DNA from: Janibacter sp.
GTDB lineage: Bacteria; Actinomycetota; Actinomycetes; Actinomycetales; Dermatophilaceae
Length of the DNA: 64,000 nucleotides
Direction of reading: 5' to 3'
NCBI GenBank assembly: GCA_030453295.1
Contig: JAKDKQ010000001.1
Location: forward strand, 4,355-68,354
Position numbers and translations under genes: made by a program. Each line of letters starts with the position of its first letter. Positions within the stretch are counted from its first letter, which is position 1. This document shows, piece after piece, positions 19,215 to 28,306 of the stretch. The notes under the pieces were generated by a model. It had not been told where the DNA came from. It saw only the letters and a list, made by a program, of their open reading frames with translations, and searched no databases.

Positions 19215-20488
19215 GGAGCACTCCTTTCCACGGCGTCGGTGGCGGACTCGAGCGCGCCAAGCCGCCAGAGCACGTCGACCACCCCATCGACCAGTTCGGC
19301 TGCGATGCCCGTCGCCGTGACGATGTCGGCCCGGGTGTGGTTGCCTGCGGAGTCCAGGACGGCAGCGAGGGCCTCCAGTTCGTGCTCCTGCCCGGGCAGT
19401 CGCAGGGCCGACCCGCGGGCGTAAAGCACTCCGCCAGACCCCTGTTTTAGCGGGTAGCCCGGACGACGACGGATGGGGCCGGGCGGAGCCCCATCCGTCC
19501 GGGGCTGCGGGCTCCCGCGAAACCCGGCGTTGCTCCGGCTCCGCGCGGCGAGGCTGTCGATGGCCTCGGCCAATCGGGCGCCGAGGTCGGCGCCGTCGAG
19601 GAACCGCCGGACGTCGTCTGCCTCGTCGCCCGCGGACAGGAAGGCGGCGGTCGAGCAGTTCGACACCGGCGCGAGCCGCCCCGCGACCTCGGCCAGTACC
19701 TCGGCCGGCGTGCGCCGGATCATCTCCACCGCGACGCTCACGCTGTGCTCGTCGTTGTCGGCGAGGTGAAAGTCGCTGACGTTGAGGACGAAGAGCTCGT
19801 AGGGCCCGACGGAGGCAGATCGGGCCGACTCCAGCGGGTAGGGCGGCAGCCGGACGGCGCCAAGCCCACCAGTCGCTGTCGTGAACTCGGCGGGCGTCCA
19901 GGTGTGGAAGATCTTGGGCGCGGGCCCCAAATTGAGGTGGACGACCCGCTCGGGATGACCGACGTCACGGTGCGCACCGCCGTCGGTGAAGCCGTAGTTG
20001 CCGAGGAATAACGTCAGCCTGAGCTCGACCCACCCGTGCTCGCAGTGGTCCCAGACCGGCGTCATGATCTCGGCGAAGACCCGGGTCAGCTGCTCGCTCC
20101 ACCGCTGGGCGCTGTTCAGGCCGACGCCGACCCTTGCGGTCCCGAACAGCCGCCTGGTCCACTCGAGGGTCGTCTCCCCCTCGCGGGGAGGTGCGCCGAT
20201 CACCGTCTCCGTCGTGGCTGTGCTTTGGGTACCGTCGACGGTCACCTTCAGCATCCGTCGCGCCGCCGGGTCGACGAGGGCCCGGCGCAGCAGGTCGACC
20301 ACGGTGGTGTCGTCGAGGTGCCGGCGCAGCACTGGTGCCGGCACCACGGCCTGCCGCTCGAACATCGACGAGGCCGCGGCACAGGCGTGCCAGAGCGTTC
20401 CGAGGCCCGCACCGGCCGGTTCCGCAGCGACGGCCCCCGGGTCGCGATCGCGGAGTGGCCCGGGCCGGGTCGCGGACGTGGCGCTCAT
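19211..20488 (-). CDS. JmjC/cupin-like Fe(II)/2-oxoglutarate oxygenase
   Basis: Start MSATSAT via ATGA overlap. GNYGFTDGGAHRD (HxD), LGPAPKIFHTW, distal DFHLA His. Confidence 0.68.
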   Translation of the reverse strand: MSATSATRPGPLRDRDPGAVAAEPAGAGLGTLWHACAAASSMFERQAVVPAPVLRRHLDDTTVVDLLRRALVDPAARRMLKVTVDGTQSTATTETVIGAPPREGETTLEWTRRLFGTARVGVGLNSAQRWSEQLTRVFAEIMTPVWDHCEHGWVELRLTLFLGNYGFTDGGAHRDVGHPERVVHLNLGPAPKIFHTWTPAEFTTATGGLGAVRLPPYPLESARSASVGPYELFVLNVSDFHLADNDEHSVSVAVEMIRRTPAEVLAEVAGRLAPVSNCSTAAFLSAGDEADDVRRFLDGADLGARLAEAIDSLAARSRSNAGFRGSPQPRTDGAPPGPIRRRPGYPLKQGSGGVLYARGSALRLPGQEHELEALAAVLDSAGNHTRADIVTATGIAAELVDGVVDVLWRLGALESATDAVERSAP

Positions 20489-21405
20489 GACTCGGTCTCC
20501 CACGCGCTGATGCCCGGGGTCGCGTCGGAGCCGACGCGGCGCTGCACCGGGTCGACCGGCCCGCACACCCCGCCCAGGTCGACGCCGGCGAGCCGGCGTC
20601 CGAGCTCGGTGACGGCGTCCTCGGGGCTCGGCATCCGCCAGGCCGGTGGCAGCGCCTCGCGCAGCGACGGCGAGGACCGCTCCGAGCGATCTAGGGCAGC
20701 GTGCAGGATGTCGCCCCACGTGGTCGCCTGGACCGCGATCGAGAGGTGCAGGGCGTGCTTGGACCGAGTGTGCCCCTCGTGGATCCAGCCGCGGGGGATG
20801 TAGAGGCAGTCGCCCTCACCCAGCTCGAAGGTGACCGGGTCCTGGAACGTGACGGACGCGCGGTTCCACGGACGACGGATCGCCGGCTCGACCGGTCGGC
20901 CCAACCGCCACGACTTCCCGCCGTGCAGTTGGCGGAGGAACACGCTGCCGACGTCCCAGTGCGCGCCCGCGCCGACGGCGGCCGGCGGGCTCAGGAAGGC
21001 CGCGCAGTAGCAGTGGTGACCGAGCTCGGACTCAAGGGCCCGGGTGAAGGCGTCGACGCCGGGGATCAGGGTGCGCAGCTCCTCCAGGACAAGGGTGTGG
21101 CCGGTCGCGACCATGCGGCGCGTCTCGTCCGGGTCGAGCAGCGCCGCGTTGTCGCCGGAGCTGCGCTCGCGACGGCGGGCGGCCGTGGTGGCCGGCTGCT
21201 CCACGCCGCCGTCGAAGAGGCGGAAGAAGCTGCGGTCGTGCACCTCCTCGAAGACGAGTCGGTTGACGTCGTCAAGCGAGCAGACGTCGTCGAACGGCGG
21301 CAGCCCGCGGACGACGAAGGGCTCCTCCTCCCAGCATCGGTCGAGTTCGGACCAGCCCCCAAGCAGCAGACCGAGTGCGGTGGTCTTCTCGAGGAGCAAC
21401 GTCAT
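20485..21405 (-). CDS. JmjC/cupin_4 (RoxA/YcfD-like) Fe(II)/2OG oxygenase
   Basis: WEEEPFVVRG, GAHWD (HxD), QLHGGKSW, GDCLYIPRGWIHEG, LHLSI. Confidence 0.85.
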   Translation of the reverse strand: MTLLLEKTTALGLLLGGWSELDRCWEEEPFVVRGLPPFDDVCSLDDVNRLVFEEVHDRSFFRLFDGGVEQPATTAARRRERSSGDNAALLDPDETRRMVATGHTLVLEELRTLIPGVDAFTRALESELGHHCYCAAFLSPPAAVGAGAHWDVGSVFLRQLHGGKSWRLGRPVEPAIRRPWNRASVTFQDPVTFELGEGDCLYIPRGWIHEGHTRSKHALHLSIAVQATTWGDILHAALDRSERSSPSLREALPPAWRMPSPEDAVTELGRRLAGVDLGGVCGPVDPVQRRVGSDATPGISAWETES

Positions 21406-22466
21406 CGTGCTACCTCCTCCACGTCGTACCGGCGTCCCAAGCGCGCAGCGACGCACTCGAGCCGTGCCAGTTCAGGGATGTCCTGGGTCAGGACGGCCCC
21501 CAAGTCGCCGCGGATGGCGACGTACAGCGACTCCGAGCGCAGCTCGTGCAGGTGCCGGGCCGCCTCCTCGCAACGTCTGGCGTCGGCGCTCGTGCGGGCG
21601 ATGCCGCCGAGGGCGTCGGCCAAGAAGACCTCGTCGCCGGTGATCTCGGCAATCCGGGCCACCGACTCCCACGTCGTCGCGGCCGTGAGCGACTCGCCGC
21701 CCCGCTCTAGGAGTCGCGCCAAGTAGCCCAAGAGCTTGCCGCGCTCGCTGTCGTCGAGGTCGTCGATGACGGCGTGTGCACAGAAGTAGGTAGCCAGCAC
21801 GGTCTCGTTGCCGGCGTCGACGTCCCCGTACTCGAAGAGCCGCCGCGCCGTGTGCAAACGCAGCACCACGCGCTCGAAGGTCGGTTCCTCGAGCCCCCAG
21901 CAGCCTTGAAGCTGCTCCATCGGGGCCGCAGCCAGGACGCCAGCCTCGACGACCTGGAACAGCCCGACGAACGCCGGGTCGTCGCGCCACGCGCGCACTT
22001 GGTCGCGCAACCGGTCCAGGTCGCCCGTCAACAGCAACGCCCGGGTGGTGTCGACGACGTAGGCCCGCTGGATCGCCGCGGCTGGCTCCGGCAACGCGCG
22101 CAGCGACAGTTCGTACACTTGGCGGTAGGTCTCGAGGGCGTCCTCTAGTTCGCGGCGCCGCAGCTGGAGCCGACCGAGATTGAGCCGCGGTTGCAGCGCG
22201 TAGCCGAAGGCAGGCGTGCGGGCAGACCTCCCTCCGTGACTCTCGAGGATCCCGATCAGCTGATGACACATGGTCTCGGCACGGTCGGCGTCGCCCACCA
22301 TGGTCATCACGAGCGCGCCGCGGTTGAACGCCGTGGCGACGTCGTCCACCGCGTCGGGCAGGGACCGGCCCCGCTGCTCGATCGAGCGGGCGCAGCGCCG
22401 GGCGAGCTCGCGTAGGTCCTGACGGACCAGCCGGGTCCCCTCGCTGAACAGCGTCCCGTCACGCAC
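21402..22466 (-). CDS. Helical-repeat (TPR-like) protein of unknown function
   Basis: AFNRGALV...AETMC...ALQPRLNLGRL...DALETY; overlaps both neighbours. Confidence 0.62.
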   Translation of the reverse strand: MRDGTLFSEGTRLVRQDLRELARRCARSIEQRGRSLPDAVDDVATAFNRGALVMTMVGDADRAETMCHQLIGILESHGGRSARTPAFGYALQPRLNLGRLQLRRRELEDALETYRQVYELSLRALPEPAAAIQRAYVVDTTRALLLTGDLDRLRDQVRAWRDDPAFVGLFQVVEAGVLAAAPMEQLQGCWGLEEPTFERVVLRLHTARRLFEYGDVDAGNETVLATYFCAHAVIDDLDDSERGKLLGYLARLLERGGESLTAATTWESVARIAEITGDEVFLADALGGIARTSADARRCEEAARHLHELRSESLYVAIRGDLGAVLTQDIPELARLECVAARLGRRYDVEEVAR

Positions 22467-23469
22467 GGCCGGCCACCGTCCTCCGGCTGCTGGGTCGCGG
22501 CGTGGGATCGCGCCGCAGCGCCACCGAGCTGGTCTTCGTCATCCGCCCGTCCCAGGCGGCGGTGCTGGTGCCGACGGTGACGTCACGCAGCTCCGCGCGC
22601 GCCGGGAGGTCGACCGCGACCACGCCGTGCTCGGACAGGGCGCACAGCCGGGCGTCGTACCCGAACGCGCGCACGGTGGCAGTGGCGACGTCGTCTGGCA
22701 GCGCCATCTCGCGCCGGGCGGCGACGTTGAGGAGTGTGTCGTCGCCGTGGTCGCGACCCAGCAGGAGCCACTCGCCGCCGCCGCTCACGATTAGCTCGGT
22801 CACCCCAGCGGCCACCGGGATGCGGTATATCTCGACCAAGCGGCCCGCGCGCAGCCCCTCGGCCACCAGGACGTGTTCCTCGGCGCGCCACACGACCTCG
22901 AGCACCTCGTCGAAGGCGACGGCACGGGCCGTCGAGTTCCCTGGCAACGCGCCGGCGACCCAGGGCGCGGGTTCGGCGGCGTCCGGGGCGATCACGGTGA
23001 CCGTCTCCCCCAGCACGGTGAAGCACCGCAGGCGCCGGTTGACGAAGACGCCACATGCTCCCGGCACGCGGACCTCCGTGGTCGTGGGGCTCTCACCGTC
23101 CCACCCGAGCACGTGCACGCCGCCGGCGGCGTCCACTCCGCACCAGATCTCGCGTAGCACGCCGCGGCCACGGACGCCGACGGCCGCTACGGCCTGGAGG
23201 GCGGGCGGGACGGTCCGGCTCACCCCGGCGTGGAGCACGTCGCCGTCGAGTGTCAGGGCCTCGGCGGTCGTGCCACTCCAGGCGATGAAGCCACCCCCGA
23301 CGCTGCCGGCGGCGAGACCGTCGGGTGCCCGGTGTCCGGCAGCACGGACCCGCTCCTGCCCCCGGGCGTGCTCGGCGACCCACCAATCCTCGTGGTCGGC
23401 CCACAGCGTCACGCAGCCGTCGACGTCGGTCGCCACCCGAGGGCCGTCGGACGACGCCGAGCTGCTCAT
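22459..23469 (-). CDS. Beta-rich (propeller-like) hypothetical protein
   Basis: Start MSSSASSDG via ATGA overlap with the rSAM stop; repeated short beta-strand patterns. Confidence 0.58.
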   Translation of the reverse strand: MSSSASSDGPRVATDVDGCVTLWADHEDWWVAEHARGQERVRAAGHRAPDGLAAGSVGGGFIAWSGTTAEALTLDGDVLHAGVSRTVPPALQAVAAVGVRGRGVLREIWCGVDAAGGVHVLGWDGESPTTTEVRVPGACGVFVNRRLRCFTVLGETVTVIAPDAAEPAPWVAGALPGNSTARAVAFDEVLEVVWRAEEHVLVAEGLRAGRLVEIYRIPVAAGVTELIVSGGGEWLLLGRDHGDDTLLNVAARREMALPDDVATATVRAFGYDARLCALSEHGVVAVDLPARAELRDVTVGTSTAAWDGRMTKTSSVALRRDPTPRPSSRRTVAGRA

Positions 23470-24878
23470 GTCGCACCGCCGACGACCGCTACGCCCTGCC
23501 GCTGCAGGTCGGCGAAGGTCTGCAGGTTGGGCCCGATCCACGTCTTGACCGACGGGCAGGGACGCACGCCGTCTTGGACTCGGATCAGCGGGCAGTGCGC
23601 GCCCTGGCACGACGGCCGGAACGCGCAGGACCGGCAGCCGGAGTCCTGGGTCTCGTCGTTAGCGGTCCAGAGCTTCATCCGCTCGTCGTCGAGCTGGAGG
23701 GTGCCGTCGGGCTCAAGCCGGCCGACCATGTTTTCGGCCATGCGCAGTGCGACGGTGCACTTGTTGAGCAGTCCGTTGGGACGCACCACCAGGGACCACG
23801 GGTTCGCGGCGTAGCAGACGGTCCCGCCAGGGCGGAGCATCTTGGTGTCACCGACGCCCATGCCTGCGTCGGACGCGTGCAGGTTCAAGTCGAGCTTGAG
23901 TAGCTCGGCGTCCTTGCCCGTACAGGCCGAGATGGCGTCGTCGTCCGGGCCACCCCACCGGCCGACCGGACGGAAGATGACGGTGAACCGGTCGTCTCGC
24001 GCTGCGATGTCGCCGATCTCCTCGACGAGGCTTGGCACGCTTCCGACGTTCTCGGGGGTGAAGTTCGTGCGCAGCATGACATCGAGGTCGAGGTCGGTGT
24101 CGGCCGCGAGACCGCGCAGGTTGGTCATGATCGTGTCGAAGGAGCCCTGCCCGCCCATCAGCGAGCGGGTGTCGTCGTGGGTGTGACGTGGGCCGTCCAG
24201 CGTCACCTGGAACGAACGCACCTCAAGGTCGGTGACCCGGCGGGCGGTCTCAGGAGTGAGCAGGTAGCCGTTGGTCGTCATGCCGGCGGTGTAGGTGATG
24301 TCATTCGCGGCGCAGTAGTCGATGAAGAACTCGCTCAGGTTCTCCACGACGTCGAGCGCGACGAGCGGCTCGCCGCCGAACCAGGAGACAGATAGCGAGG
24401 TGAGACCTGACTCCTCGTGGCGCCGTCGGACGAGCTCGGTCACCCCGCGCTGTACGCCGGTCAGCATCCGGTCGAGACCGAAGTCCTCGTAGCAGTATGT
24501 GCACCGGAAGTTGCAGGACTCCGTGGGCATCAAGATGAGCTCGAGCCGGTCGGTGCGGGCGACGCGCTGCTCGCGCAGGTCGGCGGCGTCTTGCAGTTCG
24601 TCGTCGGAGTCGGGCACGATGAACCCGCGGGTCAGGAGGCCGTCGAGCATGGGCCGAAGCTCCTGGGGCAGGTCGGGCCGGCGGTGGACGGCGGTCCGGT
24701 TGCCCAGCAGTTCACGCGCGGCGTCGGCGTGGGACTGGGGCACGTAGGTGATCGCACCGCGCATCGAGTTGTAAACGACGAGCCCTCCGTCGTCGTGCGG
24801 CACCGCGTAGGTGAAGCGTGAGGGCCGCACCTCCTGGGCGGCCGCAGCCTGTGCCCCCGCCATAATCTGCGTGACCAT
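23466..24878 (-). CDS. Radical SAM/SPASM peptide maturase (470 aa)
   Basis: RBS GGAGGGAG before ATG 24878. N-terminal RRE-like segment (PSRFTYAVP...VVYNSMRGA), CNFRCTYC, WFGGEPL, TTNGYLL, QVTLDG; SPASM cysteines VCYA...NKC...CRSCAFRPSCQGAHCP...CP. Confidence 0.93.
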   Translation of the reverse strand: MVTQIMAGAQAAAAQEVRPSRFTYAVPHDDGGLVVYNSMRGAITYVPQSHADAARELLGNRTAVHRRPDLPQELRPMLDGLLTRGFIVPDSDDELQDAADLREQRVARTDRLELILMPTESCNFRCTYCYEDFGLDRMLTGVQRGVTELVRRRHEESGLTSLSVSWFGGEPLVALDVVENLSEFFIDYCAANDITYTAGMTTNGYLLTPETARRVTDLEVRSFQVTLDGPRHTHDDTRSLMGGQGSFDTIMTNLRGLAADTDLDLDVMLRTNFTPENVGSVPSLVEEIGDIAARDDRFTVIFRPVGRWGGPDDDAISACTGKDAELLKLDLNLHASDAGMGVGDTKMLRPGGTVCYAANPWSLVVRPNGLLNKCTVALRMAENMVGRLEPDGTLQLDDERMKLWTANDETQDSGCRSCAFRPSCQGAHCPLIRVQDGVRPCPSVKTWIGPNLQTFADLQRQGVAVVGGAT

Positions 24879-24954
24879 CTGATCTCCCTCCGTACCTGTT
24901 CCGCGGAACTCGTCCGGGCGGCGCCAGTGACACCGCGCCGGCCGAGCAGAGACG

Positions 24955-24989
24955 GGTGCCCCGGGAACAGGTTGTGCCCCCGGGACACC
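24955..24989 (-). terminator. GC-rich stem-loop between precursor and maturase genes
   Basis: Arms GGTGCCCCGGG (24955-24965) / CCCGGGACACC (24979-24989) give an 11-bp stem with one G-U pair on the minus transcript. Confidence 0.6.
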
Positions 24990-25028
24990 GCGGATGGGCG
25001 GCACTTACGCGCCGTCCGTCGTCGGGTC

Positions 25029-25097
25029 TCAGCAGCCGAAGTCGATCGCTGAGACTTCGTCGGTGGTCTCTTCCTCAACCATCACGTCGTTGAACAT
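25029..25097 (-). CDS. RiPP precursor peptide MFNDVMVEEETTDEVSAIDFGC (22 aa), absent from the ORF track
   Basis: Read by hand: ATG TTC AAC GAC GTG ATG GTT GAG GAA GAG ACC ACC GAC GAA GTC TCA GCG ATC GAC TTC GGC TGC TGA. SD-like GGAAGGGTGAGGGGG upstream; acidic leader, C-terminal Cys; first gene before the rSAM. Confidence 0.85.
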   Translation of the reverse strand: MFNDVMVEEETTDEVSAIDFGC

Positions 25098-25376
25098 GTA
25101 CCGCACCCCCTCACCCTTCCGTCAGACATTGTGGGGACGTTCCAGACGGTAATCGTGCTTCTCGCCCGGGTCGTGGCGAGAGACAGTCGAACCCCAGGTG
25201 AGGCAGCCCTGCACCGGGGTTCTCTCGATCAGTGCAACGCCCGCAGGGTTCGACGCGCGCCGGAGGGGTATCTCGCGGGGCCGTCAGACGAACGCGACCA
25301 CGCCCCGCGAGTTCGTCGCTCGCGGGACGTGGTCCGGGTCGGGCTCAGCCCGGTCCTGAGGGGTCGAACCGGGGCC

Positions 25377-27473
25377 TCAGCGGTCGCGCTGGGCTCCGGC
25401 GCGGGACGGCCACCAGAGCCGGTCGCCCAAGAGCACCGCGACGGCCGGTATCAGAACCGAGGCGACCGGCCCCGCCGCCAGGATGATGCCGATGGACACG
25501 GCGGCGCCCAGCTGCACCGTCGAGGGCACCCCGGAGAGCATCAGGGCAGCGAACGTGCCGGCGAGGATGAGGCCGGCAGCGACCACCGACGGAACCGCCT
25601 GAATTATCGCTGCACGGACGGCCTCGACGCGATCACCTCCGCGGGCCCGCTCCTCGCGGATGCGCAGCATCACGAGGATCGTGTAGTCGGTGCCGATCGC
25701 GAGCACGAACACGTACAGCACGATCGGGACGTTGAAGGCCAGACCGGGATCGCCCAGGAGCTTCTGGAAGATCACGACGCTGGCGCCGAGCGCGGCGACG
25801 ACGACGAGCACGATCGCCGCCACCAGAGTCACCCCGGCCACGAGCCCCCGCAGGGCGAGCACGAGCCCGAGCATGATCGCCAGGGAGGCCACGCCGCCGA
25901 TGAGCATCAAATCCCGATTGTTGGCCGTGCGGAGGTCCACGGAGGTGGCAGTGGCGCCGGTCAGCACGACGTCGACGCCGAGGTCGGCCGCGACCGACTC
26001 GGCGGCCGGTCGGACTTGGTCCTCAAAGGCGTCGAGCGACTCGTTGCTCAGCGGGTCTTCGTCGAAGGCGAAGACGACCTTGCCGGCGTCGCCGCTCTCG
26101 GCGACCGGCCCCGGCGCCACCTCGCCCGGCAGGTCGCGACCGGCGAGCTCGCTGGCGAACTGCTCGACGACGGCCTCGTCGATCCCCGCCTCGGAGGTGA
26201 TCACGACGCGCGTGGGATTGAGGGTGCCGGCCGGGAGGGAGTCGCTGAGTGTGTCGAGGGCGCGACTCGACTCGGTGGACGGGTCCAGCGCCGACGTTGT
26301 ACTGAAGTTGGGCTGGAAGGCGGTCGCGGCGGCGGCGCCGCCGAGCAGCAGCGCGACCACCACGGTGGCGGCCAGTCCGGCGTGCTTGACAACACCGGAG
26401 GCGAGGGCACCCACCAGACGACTCCTGGGCTGCCGGCGCCACGGCCGCGAGGGCCAGAAGACGCCACGTCCGAGCAGGGACAGAACCGCCGGGACGAGGG
26501 TGATCGACGCGAGGAACATGATGAGGACCGACACGATCAGGCCGGGACCAAGGGTTCGGTAGAACCCGAGCGTCGCGAGCCCTAGCGAGGCGAAGGCGAT
26601 GGTGACGGTGAGCGCGGCCGAGCCGAGGACCGGGGCGCTCCGTACGGTCCCACGCTCAAGAGCCTCGCGCGGCTCCAACCCCTCCCGCAGGCCCTCGCGG
26701 AAGCGGAACAGGATGAAGAGCACGTAGTCGGTTCCGACCCCGAAAAGGACGACGGTCAAGATCAGTGACAGGTTCTCCTCGGCTGGCAAGCCCCAATGCG
26801 AGGCGAGTCCGGCGGTGCTCCGCGCGGCGAGCTCGTAGACGACCGGGACGACCAGCACCGGCAGCAGCGCCGCGAGGAGCCCACGGAAGGCGAGCAGCAT
26901 CAGTACGAGGATCACCACGACCGTGGCGATGGAGATGACAAGCTCGGACTCGGCCGCAGCCTCCCGCCTGTCGTGGTTGAGGGCGGCATTGCCGGTAAGC
27001 TCGGCGATCACGCCCTCAGGGGTGGCTTCGGCCACCACCTCTCGAACCCGCTCGACCGTCCGGTCCGACTCCTCCGCGTCGACGTCGACCAGGGACAGGT
27101 TGACGAACTGCACCGTGCCGTCCTCGGAGATCGCTGCCTCGTGGCTGCCCACTGCCACCAAGTGCTCGATGTCGGCGTCCTCCAGCGCCATCACCAGCCC
27201 TTGGACGACGTCGGGCGAGTCGGCTATTGGAGCCCCCGACTCGAGGCTGACGACCAGCACGGCCGTGCTGACGTCGTCGTCGGGGAACGCGGCGTCCTCG
27301 ACCTCCGCGGCCACCACGGAGTCGGCCGAGTCTGGAAGGAACGCCGCCTGCTCGGACTCGGTCACCGAGCCGAGCCCGGGCAGCAGGACGACGGCGGCGA
27401 CGACGGCGGCCAGCCAGGTAAGGATCGTCGCGAGCCGGTGCCGTTGTGAAAAGCGGACGGTGCCTCCGAGCAT
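25377..27473 (-). CDS. MMPL/RND-family transporter (698 aa)
   Basis: Start MLGGTVRF via TGATG overlap. LFGVGTDYVLFILFRFRE and LAIGTDYTILVMLRIREE motifs; two sets of TM helices. Confidence 0.9.
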   Translation of the reverse strand: MLGGTVRFSQRHRLATILTWLAAVVAAVVLLPGLGSVTESEQAAFLPDSADSVVAAEVEDAAFPDDDVSTAVLVVSLESGAPIADSPDVVQGLVMALEDADIEHLVAVGSHEAAISEDGTVQFVNLSLVDVDAEESDRTVERVREVVAEATPEGVIAELTGNAALNHDRREAAAESELVISIATVVVILVLMLLAFRGLLAALLPVLVVPVVYELAARSTAGLASHWGLPAEENLSLILTVVLFGVGTDYVLFILFRFREGLREGLEPREALERGTVRSAPVLGSAALTVTIAFASLGLATLGFYRTLGPGLIVSVLIMFLASITLVPAVLSLLGRGVFWPSRPWRRQPRSRLVGALASGVVKHAGLAATVVVALLLGGAAAATAFQPNFSTTSALDPSTESSRALDTLSDSLPAGTLNPTRVVITSEAGIDEAVVEQFASELAGRDLPGEVAPGPVAESGDAGKVVFAFDEDPLSNESLDAFEDQVRPAAESVAADLGVDVVLTGATATSVDLRTANNRDLMLIGGVASLAIMLGLVLALRGLVAGVTLVAAIVLVVVAALGASVVIFQKLLGDPGLAFNVPIVLYVFVLAIGTDYTILVMLRIREERARGGDRVEAVRAAIIQAVPSVVAAGLILAGTFAALMLSGVPSTVQLGAAVSIGIILAAGPVASVLIPAVAVLLGDRLWWPSRAGAQRDR

Positions 27474-28306
27474 CAGAGTCCGCCGCGCGAGAGCCGGACG
27501 TCGCCGCTGCCGGAGGTGACGGAGACCCGGCGCGCTGCGGCACCGCCGCCGTGCTGCTCCCAAACCGGGCCGCCGTCCGCAGACTCGACGACCGGCGGCA
27601 GGCCCGACAGGTCGACCTCTCCCCCGGTACCGAGGGAGAGGTCGACCGCGCCCTCCGGCCGCAGGGTCAGCGCGACCGCGCCGCTCGACGAGACGACGTC
27701 GGCGTCGCCGCCGAGGTCGGCGACGTTCAGGGAGGCAGCGCGCAGGTCCGCGGCGACGGCTCCGTGCACGGTGTCGACAAGGGCGCTGCCCCGGCGCAGC
27801 CGCAGGTCGAAGGACGACGCCGAGACCACGTGGATCTCGCCCCGGCATGCCTTGACCCGGACGCTGCCGGCAATGCCGACAGTGTCCAGGGTCACAACAT
27901 CCCCGCGGACGACGAGGTCGGACCCTGCGGAGACGCGCACGGTGATCGCGACGGTGCCGAAACGGACCGCGCCGCGCTGCGGGCTCCGCACGACGAGCTG
28001 GCGGTCGAAGGAGGAGTAGGTGATCTCGGTCGAGGACAGCAGGTGGCAGCGCAGGCCCTCCTCCGAGTCGGCGTCGGCACCAAGCGCGGCCTCGCGCACG
28101 GCCCGGACGAAGCGCCCGTAATGCCCGGTCCCGTCGATCGTGCTGTCGAGCGCGACGTGCACCTCCGCCTGGTGCGACCCCTCGACCAGCTCCACGACCA
28201 CCGGGTCGGCGCCGATGTGTACGAAGACCCGCGGTGGCTCCGCGCCGACGGTGAAGGACTCGTGTCGCACGACCCCCTCGGCCGCCCGCACCACCTCGGT
28301 CGTCAC
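27473..28306 (-). CDS. DUF4097-like beta-strand repeat protein
   Basis: Repeats VRVKACRGEI, VVSSSGAV, LGTGGEV, VTSGSGDV. Confidence 0.7.
   Translation of the reverse strand: MTTEVVRAAEGVVRHESFTVGAEPPRVFVHIGADPVVVELVEGSHQAEVHVALDSTIDGTGHYGRFVRAVREAALGADADSEEGLRCHLLSSTEITYSSFDRQLVVRSPQRGAVRFGTVAITVRVSAGSDLVVRGDVVTLDTVGIAGSVRVKACRGEIHVVSASSFDLRLRRGSALVDTVHGAVAADLRAASLNVADLGGDADVVSSSGAVALTLRPEGAVDLSLGTGGEVDLSGLPPVVESADGGPVWEQHGGGAAARRVSVTSGSGDVRLSRGGL

Noticed and set aside
23466-24878. Anaerobic sulfatase maturase, PqqE or MftC housekeeping role
   Set aside because: No sulfatase, pqq or mycofactocin genes are nearby, and the upstream peptide lacks the PqqA ExxxY and MftA IDGMCGVY motifs, although IDFGC is superficially reminiscent of the latter.
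12560-25097. Classical lipolanthine/lanthipeptide cluster
   Set aside because: No LanKC/LanM/LanB-C or flavin Cys decarboxylase is present, and the core has no suitable Ser/Thr pattern.
25186-25254. GGTTCGA as a tRNA T-loop or att-site remnant
   Set aside because: No cloverleaf, D-arm or CCA end could be built.
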